Part shown: in pieces, positions 15,057-24,216 of the stretch
Numbering within the stretch: the stretch's first letter is position 1
How the letters are laid out: the number at the start of each line of letters is the position of its first letter
Translations under genes and position numbers: made by a program
From: a virus
Lineage: Duplodnaviria; Caudoviricetes
IMG/VR virus record: IMGVR_UViG_3300042197_002821
Span: 1 to 56,144 of that record
Reading direction: 5' to 3' (one strand)
DNA length: 56,144 nt
The notes under the pieces: generated by a model
Told to the model about the DNA's origin: nothing
What the model saw: only the letters and a program-made list of their open reading frames with translations
Database searches by the model: none

Positions 15057-15866
15057 ATGAAGATACAGATAGTTTCAGACCTACACCTAGAGTTTTCGGA
15101 CGTAAACATCAAGAATCAGGGAGACACTGATGTCTTAATCTTGGCTGGAGATGTCCTAGTAGCGGACAAATTATTTCGTCACAACAGCGAAACTGGGCAG
15201 AAGTTCCGTGATTTCCTGAGCCGAGTCAGCTTCCAATTTCCCCACGTGGTCTATGTCGCTGGCAATCACGAATTCTACGGAGGCGGACATTTCTACGGGA
15301 CCGTGGATGCTCTGAGATCATGGTGTGCTAATAACTACGGCAATGTCTATTTCTTAGAAGATGAAACCAAACTCATCGACGATGTCATGTTCGTGGGCGG
15401 CACTCTTTGGACCGACATGAACAAAGGAGATCCATTGACCGTCATGCACTGCAATGATCGTATGAACGATTACAGGGCTATCAAAAACGATCGCAAGGGC
15501 TATACCGCGATACGTCCCATAGATACCGTAGAAAGACACGAGCGCACCAAGCAATATTTCCGTATAGTCATCGACGGTGCCGCAGAAGATCAAAAGATCG
15601 TCGTGGTAGGGCATCATACACCCAGCCATACCAGCATCGCCGAACACTATCGAGACGAGCACCTAATGAATGGTGCTTATCACAATCGATTAGAAGATTT
15701 CATCCTAGATCGCCCCAAGATCAAGCTCTGGGTGCATGGTCATACTCACTGGGCTTTCGACTACATGATCGGAGACACTAGGGTAGTCTGCAATCCTCGC
15801 GGCTACGACAGCGACAAATTCAAAGAGAACACCGGTTGGGATCCCGCGAAGGTCTTCGAAGTATGA
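15057..15866 (+). CDS. Calcineurin-like metallophosphoesterase
   Basis: SDLHLE, AGD, GNHE, HH.P, HGHTH, NPRGY. Confidence 0.92.
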   Translation: MKIQIVSDLHLEFSDVNIKNQGDTDVLILAGDVLVADKLFRHNSETGQKFRDFLSRVSFQFPHVVYVAGNHEFYGGGHFYGTVDALRSWCANNYGNVYFLEDETKLIDDVMFVGGTLWTDMNKGDPLTVMHCNDRMNDYRAIKNDRKGYTAIRPIDTVERHERTKQYFRIVIDGAAEDQKIVVVGHHTPSHTSIAEHYRDEHLMNGAYHNRLEDFILDRPKIKLWVHGHTHWAFDYMIGDTRVVCNPRGYDSDKFKENTGWDPAKVFEV

Positions 15867-16183
15867 ACAAAAAAGAGCTGTTCGAACAGATCAAGGGTAT
15901 TAGGCATATAGTGATAAACACTGATTGGGGCGGTTTCGGACTGTCTGACGAAGCTTGGGACCGCTATAAATCTATGGCAGGTATAGACGATGAAGATTTC
16001 AGTCAGTACGACATCCCCAGAGATGACGCCTATTTGGTACAGATCGTGAGAGAAATGGGCGAAGACGCTAACAGCGAATATGCCAAGTTAAAGATCGTGG
16101 AAATCCCCGGAGATGTAGATTGGCAGATCGGCGAATACGATGGTCGCGAGTGGGTCGCTGAAAAACACAGGAGGTGGGACTAA
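15863..16183 (+). CDS. Hypothetical phage protein
   Basis: IVIN..WGGFGLS and EYDG.EW segments; coupled. Confidence 0.8.
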   Translation: MNKKELFEQIKGIRHIVINTDWGGFGLSDEAWDRYKSMAGIDDEDFSQYDIPRDDAYLVQIVREMGEDANSEYAKLKIVEIPGDVDWQIGEYDGREWVAEKHRRWD

Positions 16184-16605
16184 TGAAGATAGGTCTGAGT
16201 CTTAGCCGATGCGTTCTTGATATCTACGAAGGCAAAATTGATACACAGGACATCTTAGTAGTTATAGCCCGAACAGATTTCGATCCGGAAAATGATCAGC
16301 AATGGTCGAACATCTGGAATGGTTATCGCAGCCGATCTGGTTGGAGCAATCCAGAATGGTACGGCATACCCGACGAAGATGAACCCAAGGTTCGGAATAT
16401 CTGCGTGGGCCTAAAAAAAGACGGAAAGTTACACCAACCTCGCCAGTTTGGTGCCCATCCACCGCGATTAAGTTATGCTTGGCTAGATACATTTGCTCCA
16501 CGAGAGGAAATCGCAAAAAACCCTGCTACGGTCAAGGCCTGGGAAAAATATAAAATGCTGGCCGGGTTGTCTACAGATATTAAAACAGTAAAGGATGATT
16601 TTTAA
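16183..16605 (+). CDS. Hypothetical protein
   Basis: TAATG coupling at both ends. Confidence 0.8.
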   Translation: MKIGLSLSRCVLDIYEGKIDTQDILVVIARTDFDPENDQQWSNIWNGYRSRSGWSNPEWYGIPDEDEPKVRNICVGLKKDGKLHQPRQFGAHPPRLSYAWLDTFAPREEIAKNPATVKAWEKYKMLAGLSTDIKTVKDDF

Positions 16606-16958
16606 TGATCGATGCACTATCCTCCAAAGGAAAATACACCTACATACATGGCGGGCATCTCGGTTCTAGACCTAATATCAGCCCTGGTTCTTCGGGTGCG
16701 GGCATGCTTAGATACAATCCTAACACCTGCCAGATCGAAGTCAATGATGGAAATATCTGGATGAAATTTCCTGATTCTACGCCGGTCGTGGGGCTCACTG
16801 ACGAGGCCGAGGCTGCCATAGATTGGGCCGTTAAAAAGATGCGCGAGGAACAGCGCACAGAAGAGTTCTGCCAGCGATATCCGGCACTGAAAAAAGCCAA
16901 GGATAACTACGAATTAATCCTAAACATCATAAAGGACGAAAATGAAAACCAGATTTGA
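16605..16958 (+). CDS. Hypothetical protein
   Basis: Coupled ORF, 117 aa. Confidence 0.75.
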   Translation: MIDALSSKGKYTYIHGGHLGSRPNISPGSSGAGMLRYNPNTCQIEVNDGNIWMKFPDSTPVVGLTDEAEAAIDWAVKKMREEQRTEEFCQRYPALKKAKDNYELILNIIKDENENQI

Positions 16959-17169
16959 GGAAGTCTGTAAAGTGACCTGTGAGGACAACGATCGAGTCGT
17001 AGACGCAGATGTACTAGATTTCAGAGAAGAAAAGATGCTGATCGTCAGTTTAAATAAAAGCATCAAATTAACCATGCCATGGAACGGAAAGATCTACGAA
17101 GGCAAGCTCGCAGGTAAAAGTTTCGTTTCACAGGGGCCAAAAGGATACACTTACAAGGAAGGTAGATAA
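16942..17169 (+). CDS. Hypothetical protein
   Basis: AAGGA SD, coupled to clpP. Confidence 0.75.
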   Translation: MKTRFEEVCKVTCEDNDRVVDADVLDFREEKMLIVSLNKSIKLTMPWNGKIYEGKLAGKSFVSQGPKGYTYKEGR

Positions 17170-17762
17170 TGCCAAATCTAGTACCAGTAGTAGTAGAATC
17201 AACCAACAAAGGCGAACGTGCCTACGATATCTATTCGAGGCTGTTAAAAGATCGGGTAGTCATGCTAGACGGTGCCGTAGAAGAACACAGCGCCAGCTTA
17301 TTGGTCAGCCAATTATTGTTCTTAGAATCAGAAAGCTCTGAAAAAGATATCTATCTTTACATCAACAGTCCCGGGGGTATCATAACCTCAGGCATGGCCA
17401 TCTACGACACCATGCAGTTTATTGGACCAGATGTCTGCACCATCGTCATGGGACAGGCCTGTTCTATGGGCAGTTTCCTAGCACAGGCTGGAGCCCCTGG
17501 GAAACGTTGGATGTTGCCCAATGCCAGGCACATGATACACCAACCCAGTGGAGGTGCTCGAGGTATGGCCTCTGACATCGAAATCAGCTACAACGAGATC
17601 ATGTTTTGGAAACGTCGACTCACTGAGCTATATGTCAAACACAACACCGCGGGCAAGACCTATGGGGATTTCGAGAGAGATATGGATCGAGATACCTTCA
17701 TGAGCGCAGACGCTGCTCTAGCCTATGGTCTGGTAGACAAAATCATCGAACGGAGAGAATAA
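17169..17762 (+). CDS. clpP: ATP-dependent Clp protease proteolytic subunit
   Basis: [39 protein letters not shown]. Confidence 0.96.
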   Translation: MPNLVPVVVESTNKGERAYDIYSRLLKDRVVMLDGAVEEHSASLLVSQLLFLESESSEKDIYLYINSPGGIITSGMAIYDTMQFIGPDVCTIVMGQACSMGSFLAQAGAPGKRWMLPNARHMIHQPSGGARGMASDIEISYNEIMFWKRRLTELYVKHNTAGKTYGDFERDMDRDTFMSADAALAYGLVDKIIERRE

Positions 17763-18088
17763 TGGAAAACATAGATCAGATCAAAGAAGTCAGCGACCTA
17801 GTCGACTTTAAAGGAGATTGGTACAAGACCGCCAACGAAGAAGAACGAAAGATGTTCCGAGAGTGGTTGCTAGGAGTGCTGAAGATGCATTCTCCAGTAT
17901 CAGTTTCGTTTACCAAAGCAGATGGTGCTATCAGAGATATGAACTGCACTCTCAAAGAAGACATCGCACCAAAAGTAGAAAATCCAAAAATTTCGGATAC
18001 TCTATGCACGGTTTGGGACACAGACCTTTCTGCTTGGCGTAGTTTTAAGTTTGAGAATATTAGGTCTATAAATTTTACCATAGGATGA
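17762..18088 (+). CDS. SH3/WYL-like beta-barrel protein
   Basis: VSFTKADG.IRDM.CT...VWD....WRSFK pattern. Confidence 0.7.
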   Translation: MENIDQIKEVSDLVDFKGDWYKTANEEERKMFREWLLGVLKMHSPVSVSFTKADGAIRDMNCTLKEDIAPKVENPKISDTLCTVWDTDLSAWRSFKFENIRSINFTIG

Positions 18089-18363
18089 AACCAGAATTTC
18101 GGGTAGATCGTCGAGGACAGTACTGGACCGTTGAGATATTTTATCTAGATCCCGACGAAGGATCTCTGCTCTACGGGTTCGAAGAACCCTTCAACGAAGC
18201 CACTTATCAGAGCATACAGAAATGGTGTCACGATAATTTCAAGACTTGGCTCTACCCAAAACGAGTCCGCAGGATGAGCTTCATGCAGTTCTACTTCGCG
18301 TCCAAACGTGATTTGGACTGGTTTATACTGCACTGGAGCGGGGTTGACATCTCGGCTTTTTGA
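18085..18363 (+). CDS. Hypothetical protein
   Basis: ATGA coupling. Confidence 0.7.
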   Translation: MKPEFRVDRRGQYWTVEIFYLDPDEGSLLYGFEEPFNEATYQSIQKWCHDNFKTWLYPKRVRRMSFMQFYFASKRDLDWFILHWSGVDISAF

Positions 18364-18372
18364 GCATATAAT
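18344..18372 (+). promoter_or_regulatory. sigma70-type promoter
   Basis: TTGACA-17-TATAAT. Confidence 0.85.
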
Positions 18373-18400
18373 TATAATATACAGTTAACTAGGAGCAGAA

Positions 18401-19573
18401 ATGGCTACGAAAACTAAACGGCGGATCCAAAATCATGCGATAAAGAAAGCCAAAGATACCGCGCCTAATTGGACGGGCTGCGAAACTTGGAGCGATGATC
18501 AGTTCCATAAATTCTTTAAAGATTCTATGGACTATTACAGATTAGAAAAATCGGCCAAAGATCTCAAACCCGAAGTTCTGCGTTGGATGAGCGACAATGA
18601 CTATACCAACGAACAGATAAAGGGTTTCAAAGATACCAAAGACAACCGCTGTTCTAGTACCGTAGGATCCATCGCTGCCAATCTCAATCGGGGAATGACT
18701 GCTCAACGAGATGGGTTCAATCAAGGACGAGATACCAGCGAATGGCTAAAGAAAGAAATCGCTGGCATCCTCGAAGCTGGTAAAGACGACTTCGAACCCG
18801 AACCCGACACTGAAAAGACTGTGTCAGCTCCCGTGATATCCATCCAAGATAGGATGAAAGAAGCGGCAGCACGTATGGTCGAGGACATCGAAGATGCCTT
18901 AGAAAACTTCCGCAGTGATCCAGAAGCGTTTGATCCAAAACAGTTTAAGGTTCTTAATCTCCTCAAGGGCAAACAGGCCAAAGCCGCACATTCAAGGATC
19001 ATCAAGGGATTCTACGAGTTTGAGCTGGCCGAATTAGAAGAACTAGCATCAGGAGGCGCAGACGAACAGCTTAAGGAAGGTTACAGCCATCTTCCAAGGA
19101 AGCATGTCAAAAAGCTGATCGAGTTTTATAAAGAGATCGAATCTGCCTGCGATATGTTGGCCCAAGAGCAGAAAGTCAATCGTAAACCCAGGGCTAAGAA
19201 AGCACAGCCTAAAGAAAAGGTAGTGGCTAAGATCAAATATCTTAAAACGCACGAACCTCTGAAACTGGTATCCATCAATCCCACAGATATCATCGGTGCC
19301 AAGGAACTTTGGATCTATAATGTCAAGACGAGAAAATTAGGCAAGTATGTATCCGCTGAATATCAAGAGCTAGGTGTCAAGGGCGCATCGATCATCAACT
19401 TCGATGGGAATCGTAGCACACAGAAAACCCTTAGGAAGCCCGAGGAAAAGATCAAAGAGTTCAAGGCCGCAGGTAAAGTACAACTCAGGAAGTTCTTGGA
19501 AGATATCAATTCAGTAGAGTCAAAGATGAACGGCAGATTAAATGAACAGACAATCTTGCTAAAGGTCCAATAA
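18401..19573 (+). CDS. Hypothetical phage protein, 390 aa, basic C-terminal domain
   Basis: AGGAG SD, own promoter, long ORF. Confidence 0.85.
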   Translation: MATKTKRRIQNHAIKKAKDTAPNWTGCETWSDDQFHKFFKDSMDYYRLEKSAKDLKPEVLRWMSDNDYTNEQIKGFKDTKDNRCSSTVGSIAANLNRGMTAQRDGFNQGRDTSEWLKKEIAGILEAGKDDFEPEPDTEKTVSAPVISIQDRMKEAAARMVEDIEDALENFRSDPEAFDPKQFKVLNLLKGKQAKAAHSRIIKGFYEFELAELEELASGGADEQLKEGYSHLPRKHVKKLIEFYKEIESACDMLAQEQKVNRKPRAKKAQPKEKVVAKIKYLKTHEPLKLVSINPTDIIGAKELWIYNVKTRKLGKYVSAEYQELGVKGASIINFDGNRSTQKTLRKPEEKIKEFKAAGKVQLRKFLEDINSVESKMNGRLNEQTILLKVQ

Positions 19574-19583
19574 ATATGTTGCT

Positions 19584-19892
19584 ATGGACCAAAAAGATCT
19601 CGACCAAATCCAGTACCAGGCCAAATTATGGAACCTATACAGCATAGGTTCCCCTCTGTTGCTGATCCTGTTCGTTGTGGTTTTACATATTTTTGATGCC
19701 CTGCATTATAATTTCTTGTTTTGGGTCTCTATCGGTGTGTTCGGAATAAGTTCAATAGTATGGTGGATCTGGGCTGTAGTTACTATCATGAAACTAACCG
19801 AGACCTTAAAAAAAGCCGACGAAAATTTCGTGATCATTCTAGAAGAAATAAAAAAGATAAAGATCAACAATGCTGGTAGCGGGCAACGGTGA
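19584..19892 (+). CDS. Membrane protein with two TM helices
   Basis: Two hydrophobic stretches; follows ATAAATA. Confidence 0.75.
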   Translation: MDQKDLDQIQYQAKLWNLYSIGSPLLLILFVVVLHIFDALHYNFLFWVSIGVFGISSIVWWIWAVVTIMKLTETLKKADENFVIILEEIKKIKINNAGSGQR

Positions 19893-20427
19893 AAGCCGGC
19901 GAGGTTTAGATCTACCTTTCAACACGATCGGCTGTAATGCTGTGTTCAGAGATCACAGTCTAAGCGACTTCGTCTGTATAGATCCGACGATCCTAGACGA
20001 ATGCTTAAAATCTCCTAACACCGCTCAGTCTATGATCCACACCAAAAAAGAATGGATCCGGTTTTTCAAAGACTCGAGGTTAGCACCTTTACCCGAAGTA
20101 CAGAATCAAGATCCAAAAGCACATAGTCGATTTTGGAGTTCTGGTTGTTATGCTTTACTGATAGCCGCTACCGTATCCAAAAAAATAGACGTCGTTGGCT
20201 TTGATCTCTATTCGGGCAACATCTACAAAGACACGCAGGGTTATTCTCCGTCTACATTAGATCCACCGAATCCACAGGCATGGATATATCAGATATCTAC
20301 GATCATCAAGGACAACGAAGATAAGTACTTTACGTTCTATAATCGATCAGATTGGATCATTCCGGAAAGTTGGAAATTGGCAAATGTTTTTTTCGAATCT
20401 CTTGATGTTTTCAACGGTCGACGCTAG
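19870..20427 (+). CDS. Putative sugar/nucleotide-transfer protein (sialyltransferase/MptE-like N-terminus)
   Basis: LVAGNGESR, IGCNA, SSG..AL..A, VGFDL motifs. Confidence 0.55.
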   Translation: MLVAGNGESRRGLDLPFNTIGCNAVFRDHSLSDFVCIDPTILDECLKSPNTAQSMIHTKKEWIRFFKDSRLAPLPEVQNQDPKAHSRFWSSGCYALLIAATVSKKIDVVGFDLYSGNIYKDTQGYSPSTLDPPNPQAWIYQISTIIKDNEDKYFTFYNRSDWIIPESWKLANVFFESLDVFNGRR

Positions 20428-20430
20428 AAT
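20402..20430 (+). promoter_or_regulatory. sigma70-type promoter for queD
   Basis: TTGATG-17-TAGAAT. Confidence 0.6.
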
Positions 20431-20436
20431 AATGTT

Positions 20437-20484
20437 AGTGGACTCCCATGGCATTCATCCCACTTTAAATATTCTGCATGTCAT
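20437..20484 (+). promoter_or_regulatory. preQ1-I-like riboswitch candidate
   Basis: AGTGG...CATCCCACT-TTAAATA; loop atggca can pair with downstream tgtcat; sits in queD leader. Confidence 0.5.
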
Positions 20485-20516
20485 CAAACTTGCTCATTTA
20501 TTAAAGGAGACTAGAG

Positions 20517-21041
20517 ATGGCAAATTACGTATCAACAAAAACATATGGCAATGACCGAGGTCTTTCATGCTGCTTCCGTCAATGGCGTAGCACTCACAGT
20601 CATTGCAGCCTATTGCATGGTTATAGCATTGGCATTCGTCTTGTATTTGAGTCTACTACCCTTGATGATCGCAATTGGGTTATGGACTTCGGTGGATTAA
20701 AGGCATTCAAAGACTGGAGCGAATGGCAGTTTGATCACACCTTTATAGTTGCAGAAGATGATCCTCATTTAGGAATGTTTAAAAACATGGCGGCATTAGG
20801 TCTACAAGACCAAGGCGGCGTCTGCGATCTGCGAATCGTAGAAGCCGTGGGCTGTGAAAAATTCGCAGAACTGGCGTATCGAACGATGGCTGAAATCCTA
20901 GAAGCTTATCAACAAGGCAGAGGTTGGACACATCCGGACGGTCGTGTGTTCGAAGCACGTTACCCTGTAGGACAAGGTGTGAGACTGCGTTCAGCAGAAG
21001 TGTTCGAGCACGAAGGTAACTCCGCGATCTACGAAGCATGA
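20517..21041 (+). CDS. queD: 6-carboxy-5,6,7,8-tetrahydropterin synthase (QueD/PTPS family)
   Basis: HCSLLHGYS, WVMDFGGLK, FDHT, GCEKFAE, EVFEHEGNSA. Confidence 0.9.
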   Translation: MANYVSTKTYGNDRGLSCCFRQWRSTHSHCSLLHGYSIGIRLVFESTTLDDRNWVMDFGGLKAFKDWSEWQFDHTFIVAEDDPHLGMFKNMAALGLQDQGGVCDLRIVEAVGCEKFAELAYRTMAEILEAYQQGRGWTHPDGRVFEARYPVGQGVRLRSAEVFEHEGNSAIYEA

Positions 21042-21229
21042 ACAGTCTAGAAAAGATATGGGCACGGGCCACAGGGCACCTTATGGGGCACACAGACGAC
21101 GATCGTCCGGATGTGCCCATCCTCACTGTTCGAGAAGCCCGGGTGGCTTTGTTCCTAAAAACTTTCTGGGTGGTCATACATGTCGTTACCTGTTTCTTCA
21201 TCATCGCTAATGTAATCAGGCACTGGTAA
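21038..21229 (+). CDS. Small membrane protein
   Basis: C-terminal TM segment, coupled. Confidence 0.7.
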   Translation: MNSLEKIWARATGHLMGHTDDDRPDVPILTVREARVALFLKTFWVVIHVVTCFFIIANVIRHW

Positions 21230-21918
21230 TGATCAATGTACTCTGCCTTAAACACGGAAAAAAATACGGGCCAGAATATGTAAACAATCTCTATAGCATG
21301 GTAGAGAGACATTTAACTCTGCCTCATAGATTTGTCTGCTTCACTGAAAACACCAACGGCTTAAACGAAAAAATCGATGTCATCGACTTGCCCGTTGACG
21401 GGGGCTACAAAGGTTGGTGGTGGAAGCCTTATACATTTAAACGAGATCATTTCTCCCGAGATGATATTAATCTATTCATAGATCTCGACATGGTCATAGT
21501 GAAAAATATAGACAAGATATTCAATCATCGACCGGGAAAATTCATAGGGCTCGAGGATCCAGGTAGGGCATGGGGCAGGAAAAACCGGCTAGGCTCTGCG
21601 GTAATGCGCTGGCCCAGTGGCGCTTATTCTGATATATGGGAAAAGCTTACTCCCAGCGTTATGACTAAATTCAGAGGGGACCAAGATTGGATCTTTAGCC
21701 TGTACCAAAAAGAACTAGAATTCTATCCCGAGAAATGGATAATGAGCTACAAATGGGAAGTAAGAAAAAAACAAGAGATATCAGGATTCGGTGAAAACGC
21801 TAGGTTCAAAGAAAAGAAAAACGTAGACCTAGATTCGGAGACTATGATACTGGCCTTCCACGGCCATCCACAACCACATCAAGTCGAAGATCCGATCATA
21901 GTCAATAACTGGCGCTGA
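21229..21918 (+). CDS. GT-A fold glycosyltransferase
   Basis: CLKHGKKY, GWWWK, FIDLD (DxD), GDQDW, FHGHPQPH. Confidence 0.8.
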   Translation: MINVLCLKHGKKYGPEYVNNLYSMVERHLTLPHRFVCFTENTNGLNEKIDVIDLPVDGGYKGWWWKPYTFKRDHFSRDDINLFIDLDMVIVKNIDKIFNHRPGKFIGLEDPGRAWGRKNRLGSAVMRWPSGAYSDIWEKLTPSVMTKFRGDQDWIFSLYQKELEFYPEKWIMSYKWEVRKKQEISGFGENARFKEKKNVDLDSETMILAFHGHPQPHQVEDPIIVNNWR

Positions 21919-22745
21919 ATCGAACCTTCTTCGAGCTCTTTCAGAGACCATTCAGTATGGCAGATATCTCTGAACCATTGATTTCTATCTGGTCGCCGAG
22001 GTGACTCTATTTCTTCGAATTCTGAACTCATTGGGCGTGCTAGACTTTTAGGGCCGACTACAGCAGGAGTTCCTCTTATTATCGATTCGACGCCTGGGCT
22101 GCTAGAATAGTTCACTGTTACGAATGTGTTTTCGAGAGCTTGATAGAAATCGTCAGATTCGTTTACGGCCTTAGCCGGAGAATGGACGACGTTTTTAAAC
22201 CTACTGACTATGTCGTTCGAAATACGATTCCGAGGGTGGGATCTTAGCACTATTTTCCTGTCCGAAAATTTCCTAATATCTGTGATCGTGTTTTCGATGT
22301 AGCTGCGGAGATCTTCTCTGTCGGCCCATTGCTGGCTGGTATGATGCTGTGTGCAGAGCAGTATATGGTCTCCAATCTCAGACCAATCCAGCATTTTCAG
22401 GCCTAGCTGTTCCGGACGACAAGGATTCCTTTCGGTGATATAGTCGTAGCAGCCTAGATTGATACCATTTAAGCCCACTCTAAACAATTTTCCCCTGTTC
22501 AAAGTTCCAGATTCCAGCACTATCACGGGCTTGCTCGCTTTCCGGAATCTATCCCATATTAGTTTATTTTGGGACATCTTTCCGCGCCAAAGCACAGACC
22601 AAATCACAGCGATGTCTGCGTCCATGATGTTGCTTTGGATAATCGCACCGTTTTTCGACAGGCCTTTCTTAAAAGCATCGAACACTGGCTGGCTGCCTAT
22701 GGCTCCATACTGCTCAAACAAAGATATCCTTAAAGATTGACCCAT
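21879..22745 (-). CDS. Putative glycosyltransferase / capsule-modification (KpsS-like) protein
   Basis: VIVLESG, LLCTQ, VLRSHPR, VNYSSSPGVESIIRGTP motifs. Confidence 0.6.
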   Translation of the reverse strand: MGQSLRISLFEQYGAIGSQPVFDAFKKGLSKNGAIIQSNIMDADIAVIWSVLWRGKMSQNKLIWDRFRKASKPVIVLESGTLNRGKLFRVGLNGINLGCYDYITERNPCRPEQLGLKMLDWSEIGDHILLCTQHHTSQQWADREDLRSYIENTITDIRKFSDRKIVLRSHPRNRISNDIVSRFKNVVHSPAKAVNESDDFYQALENTFVTVNYSSSPGVESIIRGTPAVVGPKSLARPMSSEFEEIESPRRPDRNQWFRDICHTEWSLKELEEGSIQRQLLTMIGSST

Positions 22746-22765
22746 AGCTTTATATATGCTATAAT
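22737..22765 (+). promoter_or_regulatory. sigma70-type promoter, leaderless arrangement
   Basis: TTGACC-17-TATAAT with TG extension, then 6 nt then ATG 22772. Confidence 0.8.
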
Positions 22766-22771
22766 ACATCT

Positions 22772-23836
22772 ATGGACAATATCAAACGAATTGGTTTCGC
22801 TTGCAAATGGATCGATCATCCCGGGCAAGTAGATGGTATCAAACCCAAAGACGACTGTAAGAAATACAATACAGGATCTACCACAGTGGCCTGGCTAAAC
22901 AGACAGACTAGAGATATCGCTGAACAAAAACTTTGGTCTCTGATGGAGCAGAACATCGAATCTGTTCGCAAACTAGTAACCAAGGTAGGTGAGCAGGATC
23001 GACATCTTAGGATGGTACGTCTCGGCAGCGATATCTTACCTGTTTACACAGAATCTACCTGGCGCTATTTTTGGCAGTTGCCCGATGTCCAAGCACACGC
23101 AGAACGAGCATTTGCCGAAGTAGGTAGAGTGGCCAGAGATAGAGATGTACGTCTCAGTTTCCATCCCGGGCAGTTCACTGTGCTGGCCAGCGAGAATCCG
23201 GATATCGTAAATAGAAGCATAGAGGAGTTCGAATATCATGTGGATATGGCCCGCTGGATGGGATACGGCAGACAGTTTCAAGACTTCAAGATCAACGTAC
23301 ATATCGCAGGCCGCAAAGGTCCGCAGGGTATCAAAGATGTACTCGGACGTCTTTCTCCCGAAGCCCGAAACACCATTACCATCGAAAACGACGAAATCAG
23401 CTGGGGCATCGATGCCAGCATCGAGCTCGTCGAACACTGCGCTCTCGTACTTGATTTACACCATCACTGGATCCATAGTGGAGAATACATTCAACCTACC
23501 GACGATAGATTTAACCGTATAGTTGATTCTTGGCGGGGTGTAAGACCTGTTATACATTATTCCGTGAGCCGCGAGGATCTACTCACTGATCATCATAAAG
23601 ATACCTTGCCCGACTTACCTCGATTGTTAGATTCGGGGTATAAGAAAGGAAAACTCAGAGCGCATTCAGACTTTTACTGGAACAGCAAGTCTAACGAATG
23701 GGCCCTGAGCTTCTGGGATCACACAGATATCATGTGTGAGTCAAAGGCTAAGAACTTGGCCAGTTTCGCACTCTACGAACAGGCCAAATCCTCGATCACG
23801 CCTTTGGTTTACGACCGCGAGTTGTTGCTTTCTTAA
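22772..23836 (+). CDS. uvsE: UV-damage endonuclease (UvsE/UVDE)
   Basis: RIGFAC, RLSFHPGQF.VLAS, IENDE, LDLHHH, HYS, AHSD, DIMCESKAK. Confidence 0.93.
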   Translation: MDNIKRIGFACKWIDHPGQVDGIKPKDDCKKYNTGSTTVAWLNRQTRDIAEQKLWSLMEQNIESVRKLVTKVGEQDRHLRMVRLGSDILPVYTESTWRYFWQLPDVQAHAERAFAEVGRVARDRDVRLSFHPGQFTVLASENPDIVNRSIEEFEYHVDMARWMGYGRQFQDFKINVHIAGRKGPQGIKDVLGRLSPEARNTITIENDEISWGIDASIELVEHCALVLDLHHHWIHSGEYIQPTDDRFNRIVDSWRGVRPVIHYSVSREDLLTDHHKDTLPDLPRLLDSGYKKGKLRAHSDFYWNSKSNEWALSFWDHTDIMCESKAKNLASFALYEQAKSSITPLVYDRELLLS

Positions 23837-24098
23837 CTGCGGTTTTAGCTTTGACCGCTGCTTTTTTAGCACCGGCTTTAGCCTTGGTAGCCGCGACTTT
23901 GACATCAGCAGCGTCTACTTTACCGTCTTTGTTTAGATCAGCAGCAGTTTGGACTCCGCTTACTGCGTTGTCGACCGCAGTTTTAGCATCTGCTAGGTCG
24001 ATTTTCCCATCATTGTTGATGTCAAGGGTTTTCGATGATCTATTAAAATAGATCAAAGCAGCCACGACAACAACGATAGCAACTAAGATTAATTCCAT
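23796..24098 (-). CDS. Membrane-anchored protein with two DxNxDG Ca-binding loops and a Lys/Ala-rich tail
   Basis: N-terminal TM; DINNDGKIDLAD and DLNKDGKVDAAD; AAGGAG SD; ATAAATA on minus strand at 24123-24129. Confidence 0.8.
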   Translation of the reverse strand: MELILVAIVVVVAALIYFNRSSKTLDINNDGKIDLADAKTAVDNAVSGVQTAADLNKDGKVDAADVKVAATKAKAGAKKAAVKAKTAVKKATTRGRKPKA

Positions 24099-24186
24099 TT
24101 TGTGTCTCCTTGTGGGTAAAATTATTTATTGGTAAATATCTTAGCGGGCTTCGAAAATGGCCTGGAAAATCAAGATCAACCTTAAG

Positions 24187-24193
24187 ATAAATA
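24187..24193 (+). promoter_or_regulatory. T4-like late promoter motif ATAAATA
   Basis: Upstream of the structural operon. Confidence 0.65.
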
Positions 24194-24216
24194 CTTAAAA
24201 CAGCGGAGTCTACGGA

